In this document: one piece after another, positions 8,911-18,721 of the stretch | How positions within the stretch are numbered: position 1 is the stretch's first letter | Layout of the letters: every line of letters starts with the position of its first letter | Virus record (IMG/VR): IMGVR_UViG_2840054979_000001 | Span: 1 to 64,000 of that record | Reading direction: 5' to 3' (one strand) | DNA from: a virus | Taxonomy: Duplodnaviria > Caudoviricetes | Length of the DNA stretch: 64,000 bases | Program-made: the position numbers and the translations under genes | The notes under the pieces: generated by a model | Databases searched by the model: none | What the model saw: only the letters and a program-made list of their open reading frames with translations | Told to the model about the DNA's origin: nothing

Positions 8911-9833
8911 CCCAGCCCGTCCTCGCCCCGACCACCCCGCTCGTGATTCACCACGATGACTGCCCCGATGGCTTCGGGGCAGCGTGGTGGCTCGCCAAGT
9001 TCCTGAACCAGCGCCGCGTGCAGCCCGACGTCGAGAAGCACGCCGCCAACTACGGCGATCCGCTGCCGAACGTGGACGGCCGCGACGTGTGGGTCGTCGA
9101 CTTCTCGTACCCGCCTGAGCAGATGCGCGAGCTCGGAGAGCGCGCTGCCGGTGTCGTCGTGCTCGACCACCACAAGAAGGCGCTCGAGCAGGACTGGTCC
9201 GACACGGGCTTCCAGCTGTTCGAGCGGCCGAGCGACCTCGGATGGGGGCCGCCGGGGGTCGCCCGTCGGGTCGCCGTGCTCAACATGGACCGTTCCGGCA
9301 TCGGCCTGGTGCTCGCCTACATCGATCACCTCAACGGCCATCCGACGCCGTTCCCGACGTTCCTGCTCAACCTCGAGGACCGCGACCTGTGGCGATTCAG
9401 GATGCCCGGCACGCCCGAGGTGTTCGCGACCGTCACGTCGTACCCGTACGCCGATGAACTGTGGGACGACTTCGAAGCCCGCACGGTCACCGACCTGGTC
9501 GTGGAAGGGATGCCGATCGTCCGTTACCGGCAGCAGCTGATCGCCGAGTGCGTCGGCAACGCCTACCAGACCTACATCGACGGCCACTTCGTGTGGATCG
9601 CGTCGTGCCCGTACTCGGTCGGCTCCGACGTCGCCCAAGTGCTCGCCGAGCGCGAGCCCGACCTGTTCGGCGTCTACTTCATCGTCGGCCCGTCGACTCA
9701 GGTGAAGGTCGGACTGCGGTCGGTCGAGTCGGGCATGGACGTCAACGAGATCGCCAAACGTCACGGCGGCGGCGGCCACGCCCACGCCGCGGCGTTCCGC
9801 ACCACGACCGACGCCTGGTTCGCCGCGTTCTGA
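8907..9833 (+). CDS. DHH/DHHA1 phosphoesterase
   Basis: HHDDCPDGFGAA, VVDFS, LDHH, EDRDLW, GGGGHAHAAAF. Confidence 0.92.
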   Translation: MTQPVLAPTTPLVIHHDDCPDGFGAAWWLAKFLNQRRVQPDVEKHAANYGDPLPNVDGRDVWVVDFSYPPEQMRELGERAAGVVVLDHHKKALEQDWSDTGFQLFERPSDLGWGPPGVARRVAVLNMDRSGIGLVLAYIDHLNGHPTPFPTFLLNLEDRDLWRFRMPGTPEVFATVTSYPYADELWDDFEARTVTDLVVEGMPIVRYRQQLIAECVGNAYQTYIDGHFVWIASCPYSVGSDVAQVLAEREPDLFGVYFIVGPSTQVKVGLRSVESGMDVNEIAKRHGGGGHAHAAAFRTTTDAWFAAF

Positions 9834-10189
9834 TGAGCGAGATCGTCGGACACACGATCCGAGTCACCCGGCTCGACACCGACGGTCAGCCGGTCGGTGA
9901 GCCGATCGAGACGATCGGATTCACCGGTGTGCGCGTCGTGCGCGACCTGCCCACCGGCGACGGACGGTGCCCGATGATGCCGGATCGGGCCGAGCCGGCG
10001 CGGCACACGATCACGATCGACTTCGCCTTCGGCCGCGGCCGCGCCGGACGGCGCGCCAGCAACCAAATGGCCCGCTTCCTGTGGGGCCCCGACTGGGACC
10101 GGAGCGTCGCGGCGTGGCGACGGCACCAAGCGTTCGTCTCCCGCACGTGGCGCCAGACCCGGAGCCGCACCCGCCGACGCCGGCGTTGA
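9833..10189 (+). CDS. Hypothetical protein
   Basis: Coupled ORF. Confidence 0.55.
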   Translation: MSEIVGHTIRVTRLDTDGQPVGEPIETIGFTGVRVVRDLPTGDGRCPMMPDRAEPARHTITIDFAFGRGRAGRRASNQMARFLWGPDWDRSVAAWRRHQAFVSRTWRQTRSRTRRRRR

Positions 10190-10217
10190 TGCCACCCCAA
10201 CAGCGGACGATGAAGTA

Positions 10218-11045
10218 GTGACCACCTTCGAGCCTCCGACCACGCTGTCGCCGTCGCGGATCAAGAGCTTCCTCACCTGCCCGCTGCAGTTTCGATTCGA
10301 GTACGTCGAGAAGCTGCCCGGCACCGTCAACCGCGCCGCCGTGCTCGGCTCGACCGTGCACCTCGGGCTGGAGTACCTGTTCGAACGGCACCCCGCCGGC
10401 GAACGCGACCGGGCGGCCGCCGTCGCCTGCATCGCCGACGCCGTCGCCGAGTTCCGCGATGACGCCGAGTACCAGACGCTCGCCCTCGACGACAAGGAGG
10501 TCGTCAAGTTCGGCAAGGAAGCCCAATCGCTCGCGTCGAAGTACCTCGACATGGAGAACCCGAACGCCGTCGCAGTGATCGCGAATGAACTGTGGGTCGA
10601 GCACGACATCGGCGGGGTCACGCTGCGCGGCAAGATCGACCGGCTCGACGAGCACGGCGACATGACCGTCGGCATCGTCGACTACAAGACCGGCCGGCCG
10701 CCGTCGCAACGATTCGAACAGGACGCCATGTTCGGCGTCTGGTGCTACGCCCTGCTCGTCTTGGTCACCCGCGAAGAGATGCCGTCCCGGGCCCGTCTGA
10801 TGTACCTGTCATCGAGGGAGACGATCGACGTCACCCCGACACCGCAATCGCTGCGCGGCGTCCGAGGCAAGGTGCTCGCCGTCCACCAGGCGATCAGCCG
10901 GTCCTGCGAACGAGGCGACTTCCGACCGGCACCGACACAGAAGATCTGCGACCGCTGCCGCTACCGGCCCTTCTGCCCCGCCTACGGAGGCGAACCGGAC
11001 GACGCCGCGGCCGCTCTCGCGGACGCCGGGCTGGTGCCGGCATGA
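10218..11045 (+). CDS. RecB/Cas4-like PD-(D/E)XK exonuclease
   Basis: LSPSRIKSFLTCP, GSTVH, LRGKIDRLD, IVDYKTG, C-terminal CDRC...CP. Confidence 0.92.
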   Translation: MTTFEPPTTLSPSRIKSFLTCPLQFRFEYVEKLPGTVNRAAVLGSTVHLGLEYLFERHPAGERDRAAAVACIADAVAEFRDDAEYQTLALDDKEVVKFGKEAQSLASKYLDMENPNAVAVIANELWVEHDIGGVTLRGKIDRLDEHGDMTVGIVDYKTGRPPSQRFEQDAMFGVWCYALLVLVTREEMPSRARLMYLSSRETIDVTPTPQSLRGVRGKVLAVHQAISRSCERGDFRPAPTQKICDRCRYRPFCPAYGGEPDDAAAALADAGLVPA

Positions 11046-11743
11046 AGAAGTCCGACGTCGCCAAGCTGATCGGCATCGTCAAGGGGCTCTGGCCGAACTG
11101 GACCGCAGCGCCGATCACCCGCGAGCAGTGGGACGACACGGTGTCGACGTGGATGCTCATGCTCGAGGACGTCGACGCCGCCTCCGCCGCCGCAGCCGTG
11201 CAGATCCTGTCCGCCGAGGGCCGGGAGTGGCCGCCGCCGGTCGGCCGCATCCGCCGCCGCTCGATCGAAGCTGCCGCCCACGCGGCCGGTACCGCGCCGC
11301 CGACGCCGGATGAGGCGTGGGCCGAGGTTCGCGAAGCGATGCGTGATGACACGACCGACTGGTCGCACCCTGCCGTCAAGGAAGCGGTCGACACGATCGG
11401 CTGGTGGGACCTGCGCCACTCGACGAACGTCGACACGGTGCGGGCCCACTTTGTCAAGTTCTACGCAACCGCCGCTGACCGGGCGTGGGCGCCGATGCTG
11501 ACCCCACCGAACGCCCGAGCCACGCTCGACGCCATCGCCCTCACCGCCGCCGAACAGCGCACCGCGCTCCCCCGCCCAGCCCCAGTGCCGGCAGCCGAGC
11601 TCGCCGACCCGGGCGTCCCGGTCGATGACGGCCTGGCGATCATGCGCCGAGCCCGCGACGAGGCACGCACCCGCGAACGGGAGCCCCGAGCCGGCGACGG
11701 TCTGGTCGGTATCGGCGACGCACTCGGCCGCCTGACCAGCTGA
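11042..11743 (+). CDS. Replicative helicase loader/inhibitor-like protein
   Basis: DVAKLIGIVKGLWPN...TWMLMLEDVD...WPPPVGRIR...DEAWAEV...AVDTIGW..L...RAHFVKFY. Confidence 0.7.
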   Translation: MKKSDVAKLIGIVKGLWPNWTAAPITREQWDDTVSTWMLMLEDVDAASAAAAVQILSAEGREWPPPVGRIRRRSIEAAAHAAGTAPPTPDEAWAEVREAMRDDTTDWSHPAVKEAVDTIGWWDLRHSTNVDTVRAHFVKFYATAADRAWAPMLTPPNARATLDAIALTAAEQRTALPRPAPVPAAELADPGVPVDDGLAIMRRARDEARTREREPRAGDGLVGIGDALGRLTS

Positions 11744-11769
11744 CACGCCCGCGCGTCTACGATCCGCCG

Positions 11770-12474
11770 ATGGCGTTCGGGCGTAAACGGCGGAGGATCG
11801 GTGAACTCACCGTCCTGCTGGAGCGGGCGCAGGGACTTCGCATCAGCCAGGCCGTCGCCCTCGAAGCGATGGCGGACGCGCTCACGAGGCCGGGCCACAT
11901 GACTAAGGCCGCCGCGGCCGAGCAGCTTCGGGCGCTCGCCGGGGCGTGGCGCGCGGTCAGTGACGTGCAGGTCGCCGCCGTTCGGGGTGGGGCGATCCAG
12001 GCCGTCGCCACGACCGGCATCGTCGTGACCCTGCTTGCCGAGACGATCGGCGGAGCCGTCAGCGGTGTCAGTGAAGCCGTGTCCTCGCACGTCGTTGAGG
12101 CGTTTCAGCAAGATGCAGCCCTGCTGCTCACGCTCGACGCCAACATCGCCGGCATCGCAGACGGCATTCTCCTGATGCCCGACGACCCGCCCGACGCCGT
12201 TCAGGATGCAGCCGAGATGGTCGAGTCGATCGGCCGCGCCGCGGCAGTGGAGGTCGGCGACGATCTCGAATCGGAAAGTACGCGTGCCGGCTATCTGTTT
12301 CAGCGGTTCCGGCATCCGATGGGATTCAACGATCCGCACGAGTTGTTCGAGCTCGGCAATGAGCTACTCAGTGTGCTCGGCCCTGGGATGGTTGAGAGAA
12401 CGGATCAGCACCGCTTTCCGCTGGCTGCCGCTCTCGAAGCCCTCGATAGAGCGATGTCACGGGCGACTCGCTGA
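11770..12474 (+). CDS. Hypothetical protein
   Basis: Leaderless ATG 6 nt after TACGAT; helical ORF. Confidence 0.6.
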   Translation: MAFGRKRRRIGELTVLLERAQGLRISQAVALEAMADALTRPGHMTKAAAAEQLRALAGAWRAVSDVQVAAVRGGAIQAVATTGIVVTLLAETIGGAVSGVSEAVSSHVVEAFQQDAALLLTLDANIAGIADGILLMPDDPPDAVQDAAEMVESIGRAAAVEVGDDLESESTRAGYLFQRFRHPMGFNDPHELFELGNELLSVLGPGMVERTDQHRFPLAAALEALDRAMSRATR

Positions 12475-12498
12475 GTATCGCTTCGCCACGCTCGTGAC

Positions 12499-12510
12499 GC
12501 ATTATGATGC
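12499..12510. promoter_or_regulatory. Operator, GCATCATGATGC family (GCATTATGATGC)
   Basis: One mismatch to the palindrome; overlaps the TATGAT -10 of the leaderless ParB-N gene. Confidence 0.65.
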
Positions 12511-12516
12511 ATCCCG

Positions 12517-13074
12517 ATGAGTGGTGATGGTCGTGTGCTGCAGCAGGAGTTCGAGATGGTCGACGTCGGCGCTCTCGAACTGCATCCCCGCAATCCGAAC
12601 CAGGGCGACTTCGGCGCCATCCATGAGTCGGTGGCGACGAACGGGTTTTGGGGTGCCCTGGTCGTGCAGAAGTCGACGAACCGGGTGCTCGTCGGCAACC
12701 ACCGGCTCGCCGTGTCCCGCGAGCTCGGCATCACCGAGGTGCCGGTGCTGTGGGTCGACGTCGACGACGAACAGGCGCTGCGGGTACTCACGGCCGACAA
12801 CCGCACCGCCCGGCTCGGTTCCGACAACATCGAGGTGCTGACCGAGGTGCTGATGAGCCTGGCGTCATCGGACCTCGGCCTGGCGGGCACCGGCTTCGAC
12901 GGTGACGATCTCGACGCCATGTTGAACGACATGGCAGAGAACGAACCGACCGCAGAGCCCGAGCCGAAGGAACCGGTGCTGCAGGTGGTAATCGCGTGCG
13001 AGTCGAAAGAGCACCAGCGCGCCGTGCTCGCCAAGGTGGAGGAACTGGGCTATGAAGCCAAAGCCAAGGGGTGA
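12517..13074 (+). CDS. ParB N-terminal (ParB/Srx) domain protein, DNA-modification-locus type
   Basis: LELHPRNPN...SVATNGFWGALVV...VLVGNHRL...ADNRTA. Confidence 0.9.
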   Translation: MSGDGRVLQQEFEMVDVGALELHPRNPNQGDFGAIHESVATNGFWGALVVQKSTNRVLVGNHRLAVSRELGITEVPVLWVDVDDEQALRVLTADNRTARLGSDNIEVLTEVLMSLASSDLGLAGTGFDGDDLDAMLNDMAENEPTAEPEPKEPVLQVVIACESKEHQRAVLAKVEELGYEAKAKG

Positions 13075-13237
13075 CGCCGCCGCCGGCAAGGCGCAAATCA
13101 TCACCCACGTCGAACCCGACCTGCGTGACGCTGTGCACCGTTGGGCCGAGTCCGAGGACCGCACCGTGTCGGCGCAGGTCCGTAAGACGTTGCGCGACAA
13201 CGTGCCCGTCCGGTTTCTCGACGCACCACCTGGATAA
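13052..13237 (+). CDS. Ribbon-helix-helix (Arc-like) DNA-binding protein
   Basis: AQIITHVEPDLRDAVHRWAESEDRTVSAQVRKTLRD. Confidence 0.7.
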   Translation: MKPKPRGDAAAGKAQIITHVEPDLRDAVHRWAESEDRTVSAQVRKTLRDNVPVRFLDAPPG

Positions 13238-13301
13238 CTGTCGCCGCATCAGCTACACTTACTAGTAGGGACCAGGGAAGGGTCCCCGCCAGAAAGGAAC
13301 C
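13231..13301 (+). promoter_or_regulatory. Promoter plus AGGGAAG-loop hairpin plus SD
   Basis: TGGATA-17-TACACT; GGGACC-AGGGAAG-GGTCCC (13268-13286); GAAAGGAACC. Confidence 0.65.
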
Positions 13302-13306
13302 AGCTG

Positions 13307-14143
13307 ATGCCGACCGCAACCGACATGCGGATCGTCGACCTGCCCGTCGACCAGATCTCACCCGAGTGCAACGACCGCACGAAGTTCGACGAGACCGCGA
13401 TCGTCGCGCTCGCCGAGTCGATCGCCCGCAACGGGCTCGCCCAACCGATCACCGTCCGCCCCCGCCCCGACAGCGACGGCTACTGGCTGGTCGCCGGTGA
13501 ACGCCGCTGGCGGGCCCACCGGCACCTCGGCGCGTCAACGATCAAGGCCATCGTCCGTGACCTCGACGACCGCCGGGCCCAAGACGTCATGCTCGTCGAG
13601 AACATGGCCCGTCAGGATCTGAACCCGATCGAAGAGGCGACCGCGTACCGCAAGCGACTCGACGCCGGACTCGACATCGACGAGCTCGCCAAGATCGCCG
13701 GCGTGTCGGTCGCCCGGATCCGCTGGCGAGTCGGGCTGCTCGAGCTCACCCCAGAAATCCAGAAGCTCGTCGCGTCCGGCGACTTCGGTCCCGGCTACGC
13801 GGGGTCGATGCCCGGTCTCGACCCGCAACGGCAGCAGCTGGCGTTGCGGGCCTGCATGGAGAAGAACCTGACGGTGCAGGGCATGGAACTGCTGTGCGCG
13901 CAGCTGCTCGCCGAGCAGAACCAGGGCAGCATGTTCGACGCCGATTCGTTCATGCAGCTGGACGAGGTGGTCGCCAAGTCGCAGCGCGAGAACGTGAAGC
14001 TGTCGTCGATGGAACTGACCGCGCTCGCCGGCCGGGTGCTCGACGCCGTCCTCGATCACGTGCCGCTTGAGGCGCTGTCCCACGACGCCAAAGCCGACCT
14101 GGACCAGCTGCAGCGGGTCGTCGCCTTCCGGCTCAAGAAGTGA
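13307..14143 (+). CDS. ParB/RepB/Spo0J family protein
   Basis: LAESIARNGLAQPITVR, LVAGERRWRA, VENMARQDLNPIEEA, followed by an HTH. Confidence 0.93.
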   Translation: MPTATDMRIVDLPVDQISPECNDRTKFDETAIVALAESIARNGLAQPITVRPRPDSDGYWLVAGERRWRAHRHLGASTIKAIVRDLDDRRAQDVMLVENMARQDLNPIEEATAYRKRLDAGLDIDELAKIAGVSVARIRWRVGLLELTPEIQKLVASGDFGPGYAGSMPGLDPQRQQLALRACMEKNLTVQGMELLCAQLLAEQNQGSMFDADSFMQLDEVVAKSQRENVKLSSMELTALAGRVLDAVLDHVPLEALSHDAKADLDQLQRVVAFRLKK

Positions 14144-14183
14144 CAGAACTACGATCCGTCGCCGTGAACAGGGGTAGGGACCA

Positions 14184-14483
14184 ATGAACACGCCAACGCC
14201 GCCGCCGCCACCGATGCCGCCGAGACAGCCCGGCTACGCCACACCACCGGCCACCTCAGGCGGCCAGCCGGTGTGCCCGTACTGCGGAGCGCACGGCACG
14301 CTGCGCAGTCAGCAGAAGCAACTCACCACGAAGAAGCGCGTCAAGTTCGGCGTGATGTGGGTGGTGCTCACCGTCTGCACCGGCGGGATCGCATTCCTGA
14401 TCTGGCTGATGATGCCACGGCGCAACGAGGTCATCGGCGTCGACCGATGGACCGAATGCACCGCCTGCAAGTCGACTCTCTGA
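14184..14483 (+). CDS. Zn-ribbon membrane protein
   Basis: CPYCG...hydrophobic hairpin...CTAC; Pro-rich N-terminus. Confidence 0.7.
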   Translation: MNTPTPPPPPMPPRQPGYATPPATSGGQPVCPYCGAHGTLRSQQKQLTTKKRVKFGVMWVVLTVCTGGIAFLIWLMMPRRNEVIGVDRWTECTACKSTL

Positions 14484-14528
14484 CGACCGCGACCGGCCCG
14501 CTCGGTCGACGCGCCGCCACGGCTGATC

Positions 14529-15674
14529 TCAAGAAGTGAGCACGGCCGTCACCTGGTCGACGACGTAGTCGACGTCGTCGTTCGACATGGCGGCGTGGCA
14601 TGGGATCGCCAGGTGGCGGGCGCTGTACTCGGTGGCGCCGGGGATGGCGTCGCCGTAGAAGTCGCGGAAGTGGCTGAACTCGTGAAGCGGGATGAAGTAC
14701 ACCGACGATCCGACCCCGGCCGCGGCCAGCTGCTCGAGGTACTGGTTGCGGCGGGCCGGGTCGACGAACAGCGGGTACACGTACCGTGACCATGCCCGAC
14801 CGGGCAGCCGTGGCAGCAGGTCGACGCCGTCGAGTTGGCCCAACGCGACGTCGTAGCGGCCGCTGATCCAGCAGCGTCGGGACTGGGCGGCCCACGCGCG
14901 CCGTAGTTGAGCGACGCCGATCGCGGCGTGAACGTCGGACATGTTCGACTTCAAGCCGGGTCGGATGATGTCGTACCGCCACGTCGGGCCCCCGGACGCG
15001 TGGCGGGTCCACACGTCGCGGGACATGCCGTGCAGCCGCCAGCGGACAGCTTCGTCGAGCAGATCGTCAGGCCCCGTCAGCGCGCCGCCCTCGGCAGTCG
15101 TCAACGTCTTGGTGGCTTGGAAGCTGAACGCCGTCAGCCGGCGTACACCGATCGGGCCGGAAGGGTCGCCGATCGTGCGGCCGTCGACCGAGGCGGGCAG
15201 GGCGTGGGCGGCGTCCTCGACGATCGCGACGTCACGGCCGGCGCAGAGAGCGTCGATCGCGGTCATGTCGGCCGGCATCCCGTTGAGGTGCACCGGGATG
15301 ACCGCCCGAACGTCGTTGCCGTTCATCATCCGTTCGAGCAGGTCGACGTCGATCAGCCCGGTGGCCGGGTCGACGTCGCAGAGCCATGGCCGGCCGCCGG
15401 CTCGTTCGATGGCGTGCATGGTGCCGGGGAAGCCCATCGCCGAGGTGAGGACGATGCCGCCGTCGACGTCCACGGAGCGCAGGGCGAGCTCGATCGCGTC
15501 GGTGCACGACGAGAACAGTTCGACTCGGGGCGCTTCGACGAACCTGGCGAGGTCGGCGGCGAACTCGGCGCACTTCGGGCCGGTGGTGATCCACCCGGAG
15601 CGCAGCACGCTGGTGACCTCGGTGATTTCGTCGTCGGTGATCTGAGGCTGGGACAGGCCGACTCGTCGCATCAT
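14529..15674 (-). CDS. DegT/DnrJ/EryC1/StrS PLP-dependent sugar aminotransferase
   Basis: LRSGWITTGP, IPVHLNG, IVEDAAHA, FSFQATKTLTTAEGG (PLP lysine). Confidence 0.95.
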   Translation of the reverse strand: MMRRVGLSQPQITDDEITEVTSVLRSGWITTGPKCAEFAADLARFVEAPRVELFSSCTDAIELALRSVDVDGGIVLTSAMGFPGTMHAIERAGGRPWLCDVDPATGLIDVDLLERMMNGNDVRAVIPVHLNGMPADMTAIDALCAGRDVAIVEDAAHALPASVDGRTIGDPSGPIGVRRLTAFSFQATKTLTTAEGGALTGPDDLLDEAVRWRLHGMSRDVWTRHASGGPTWRYDIIRPGLKSNMSDVHAAIGVAQLRRAWAAQSRRCWISGRYDVALGQLDGVDLLPRLPGRAWSRYVYPLFVDPARRNQYLEQLAAAGVGSSVYFIPLHEFSHFRDFYGDAIPGATEYSARHLAIPCHAAMSNDDVDYVVDQVTAVLTS

Positions 15675-15694
15675 GCTCGCACGATACTGCTAAC

Positions 15695-15706
15695 GCATGA
15701 TGATGC
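15695..15706. promoter_or_regulatory. Operator, GCATCATGATGC family (GCATGATGATGC), between divergent leaderless promoters
   Basis: Lies between minus-strand -10 TATCGT (DegT gene) and plus-strand -10 TAGGGT at 15720 (methyltransferase gene). Confidence 0.65.
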
Positions 15707-15733
15707 ACGACGAGTCGGCTAGGGTGAGCGGCC

Positions 15734-16393
15734 GTGGATGACTACTGGGCGGAGCACTTCGGCGCCTACCACGGTGGCGACGACCGGCTCGACGCATCGT
15801 CGGACTCGTTCTGGTGGGGCTACGCCACGACGGTGCTCACCGAGGCCGGCCCGCTCGCCGGCCGCACCGTCCTCGACGCCGGGTTCGGCTCCGGTGCCAT
15901 GCTGCACCTCGCCGCCGCGGCCGGCGCAACCTGCACCGGCATCGACCTCGAGTCGGCAGTCGCCGCCTTCGACGACAGCCACCCGTCGATCGACGTCGAG
16001 ATCGGCGACCTTCGCGACACGGCCGGCTGGACCGTCGACCGGGCCGACGTCGTCTGGTGCGTCGAGTCGATCCACTTCGTCGACGACCCCGTCGAAACCG
16101 CCTACTCCCTGTGGGCCCGGGTCGCCGCCGGTGGCCGGCTCGTCGTCACGTTCGCCGACTCTCGCTCGCCGTTGATCGAAAAGGTGCGCCTCGACCACGG
16201 AGGCCGCTACCACGGTGTCCACCCCGGAGCCCTCGACGCGCTCGGCCGCAACCTGCCCGCCTGCGCCCGCTTCGAGATCCGCGACCTCCGCATCGACGCC
16301 GACCAGATCGTCCGCCCGTTCCGCATCGGGCCGCACGACCCGACCGCGCGGCCGCCGCACCGGCTGCTGTTCACCGCACTGAAAGGAGCCTGA
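15734..16393 (+). CDS. Class I SAM-dependent methyltransferase
   Basis: VLDAGFGSG, GIDL, DVVWCVESIHFV, GGRLVVT. Confidence 0.9.
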   Translation: MDDYWAEHFGAYHGGDDRLDASSDSFWWGYATTVLTEAGPLAGRTVLDAGFGSGAMLHLAAAAGATCTGIDLESAVAAFDDSHPSIDVEIGDLRDTAGWTVDRADVVWCVESIHFVDDPVETAYSLWARVAAGGRLVVTFADSRSPLIEKVRLDHGGRYHGVHPGALDALGRNLPACARFEIRDLRIDADQIVRPFRIGPHDPTARPPHRLLFTALKGA

Positions 16394-16395
16394 CG

Positions 16396-17034
16396 ATGGC
16401 AGGCCAAGGCCCGATGAAGGTCGTCCAGGTGAAAGTCGGCGACCTCGTCCCCGACCCGAACAACGCACGCCGCGGGTCGGTGTCCGAGATCATGAAGTCG
16501 CTCGAAGAGTTCGGCCAGCACCGGCCGATCGTGGCCCGCCGCGACTCGAAGGTCGTAGTCATCGGCAACCACATGCTCGAAGCCGCCAAGGCGCTCGGCT
16601 GGGACAAGATCGCCGTCACTTACGTCGACGACGACGACGAGACCGCGATCCGCCGTGGCCTTGCCGACAACCTGGCGTCGGACCGCTCGAAGTGGGATGA
16701 CGCCCAGCTGGCCTCACTGCTGTCCGAGCTCGACGACGCCGCATCGGTGCCCGGTGTAACCGACAAGATGCTCGACAACCTGCTCGCCGAAGTGACGACC
16801 GACGAGCCGACCGAACCGCTCCTTCCGATCACCCCGCGCCCGGCTGAGGGCTACAGCTACGTCGTCATCATGTCCCGCAACGACATCGACAAGGTGTGGC
16901 TGGAGACGGTGATGGGGATCCGCAAGGAACGGTCGTGGAAGTCGAAGAAGTCCGGCGTGTCCCGAGTGGTGACCGTCGACCAGTTCAAGCAGGCGTTGAA
17001 CACCGCGATCGCACGCGGCGAGCCGTTCCACTGA
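16396..17034 (+). CDS. ParB N-terminal domain protein, DNA-modification-locus type
   Basis: LVPDPNNARR...SLEEFGQHRPIV...VVIGNHMLEAAK...LADN...WD; C-terminal YSYVVIM domain; SD GAAAGGAG. Confidence 0.9.
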   Translation: MAGQGPMKVVQVKVGDLVPDPNNARRGSVSEIMKSLEEFGQHRPIVARRDSKVVVIGNHMLEAAKALGWDKIAVTYVDDDDETAIRRGLADNLASDRSKWDDAQLASLLSELDDAASVPGVTDKMLDNLLAEVTTDEPTEPLLPITPRPAEGYSYVVIMSRNDIDKVWLETVMGIRKERSWKSKKSGVSRVVTVDQFKQALNTAIARGEPFH

Positions 17035-17045
17035 CAGGAGCCCCG

Positions 17046-17759
17046 ATGAACTTCGTCCCGCACGACCGACACCAGCTGGCCGCCTACTGGCAGAGGTACT
17101 TCGCCGACACGTTCCGCCACGACTGGACGATCGAGACCGCTCCCCCACTGATGGGTCAGCATTTCGGGTTGGCGATCGCCGCGGCGGGCCCGGCCGTGTT
17201 CGACGGCCGGGTCCTCGACGCCGCGTGCGGACATGGCCGCCTCGGCCTCGCCTGCGCCGGCCTTGGCGCCCAGGTGCTCGCCGTCGACGGCAACCCCAGT
17301 CTGATGAGTCAGCTGCACGACCGCCACGTCCAGCGCGGCTCGAGCGAGCGTTACGTCGATGGGATCGCGTTCCAGGCGGTCGACCTGCATGGCCGCTGGG
17401 AGGTCGGCGACCCGTTCGACGTCGTGTTCGTCATGGAAGCCCTGCAGTGCTTGCCGCTGTCGGCGACACTCGGCGAAGCGTGGTCGCACGTCGCCGAGGG
17501 CGGCCGGCTCGTCTTCACGGTGCCGTGGGCGGCCAACCCGATCATCGAGGCCGCGCACCGAGAGCACCGTGGCATGTTCCAAGTGACCGGCCGCCACGAG
17601 CTCGTCTCCGCGATCCGGCAACGCTGCGACGGCCACAGCCTCTGGCACGCCCAAGCCCTGCACCTCGCCGACGACCAGCGCTACGGCGCCTACGCCCTCG
17701 ACCGGCTCGCCGACTTCGACGACCCGCCCTACCGGGTGCTCGTCACCGTCACCAGATGA
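17046..17759 (+). CDS. Class I SAM-dependent methyltransferase (paralog of 15734)
   Basis: VLDAACGHG, LAVD, FDVVFVMEALQ, GGRLVFT; shares a C-terminal L..DQ...PPyR.L.T pattern with 15734. Confidence 0.9.
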   Translation: MNFVPHDRHQLAAYWQRYFADTFRHDWTIETAPPLMGQHFGLAIAAAGPAVFDGRVLDAACGHGRLGLACAGLGAQVLAVDGNPSLMSQLHDRHVQRGSSERYVDGIAFQAVDLHGRWEVGDPFDVVFVMEALQCLPLSATLGEAWSHVAEGGRLVFTVPWAANPIIEAAHREHRGMFQVTGRHELVSAIRQRCDGHSLWHAQALHLADDQRYGAYALDRLADFDDPPYRVLVTVTR

Positions 17760-18721
17760 TCGCCGACTGGCCGGACTTCACCCGCCGGTACGGGCCGTAC
17801 TGGCATCAGGACTGGGCGACGATGTGGACCGACCGCGACGCCACCGTCGTCGGCGACATCGCCACCGCAGCGATGCCCGCGCTGCTCCACCCCGTCCCGG
17901 ACCAGCCCGGCCGGATCCATGTCTCGCCGCCGTCGGGTGAGGTCGGCGTCTTCTCCCACAGCCCGATCGGCATCGAAGCGCTGTGCCGCTGGCTCGCCGC
18001 CGCCGGTGTCGTGTCGGCGTTCCTGCCGTTCGACCCCCGCAGCCCGGTAGCGCCGACGGTGCCACGGCTCGATGACGCCTGGGACGCCACCGTGCGGCCG
18101 GTGCCTCCGTCGATCGTCGTCGACCTCGAACGTTGGGACCGCGCGGCAATGTCGGCGAACCATCGTCGCAACCTCGCCGCTGCCGAGCGTGCGGGTGTGG
18201 CGTGGCAGCACATCACCGACGACGGGCCCCACGACGACGTCGCCAGGTTCGTCGACCTCTACCGGCAGACGGCGCGCCGCAACCGGTTCGCCGCCCGCCA
18301 CGACCTGACCGCCGACCAGGTGCTGCGCCTGCTCGCCGCCGACAGCCTGCAACCGCGGCTGTACGGGGCGTGGCACGACGGCCGCCTCGTCGCCGGCGTC
18401 ACGACGCTGCTCGTCGGCGAGATCGCCACGTTCCACTGGTCCGCGACCGCCGACGACTACGCCCGTTCGCCGCTCGCCCCGTCGAAGGCTGCCCTGTACT
18501 GGGCGCTCGAGGACGCCAAGCTGCGCGGTGCCCGATTCATGCTGCTCGGCGGCGGGATGACCGCCGGTGACGACCTCGAACAGTTCAAGCGACGCTTCGG
18601 CGCGCACCTGCCGGTCGTGCCGCAGTTCGCGCTCGAGATCGTGTTCGACCGCAAAGCCCACCGTGCCGCGTGCGCGGCGCGGCCCGTGAAGGAAGGCTGG
18701 TTCCCGTCGTGGCAGTACTGA
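17756..18721 (+). CDS. FemAB/GNAT-family acyl- or aminoacyl-transferase
   Basis: NHRRNLAAAERAGV, FVDLYRQT, FHWSAT, LLGGG...LEQFKRRF. Confidence 0.85.
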   Translation: MIADWPDFTRRYGPYWHQDWATMWTDRDATVVGDIATAAMPALLHPVPDQPGRIHVSPPSGEVGVFSHSPIGIEALCRWLAAAGVVSAFLPFDPRSPVAPTVPRLDDAWDATVRPVPPSIVVDLERWDRAAMSANHRRNLAAAERAGVAWQHITDDGPHDDVARFVDLYRQTARRNRFAARHDLTADQVLRLLAADSLQPRLYGAWHDGRLVAGVTTLLVGEIATFHWSATADDYARSPLAPSKAALYWALEDAKLRGARFMLLGGGMTAGDDLEQFKRRFGAHLPVVPQFALEIVFDRKAHRAACAARPVKEGWFPSWQY

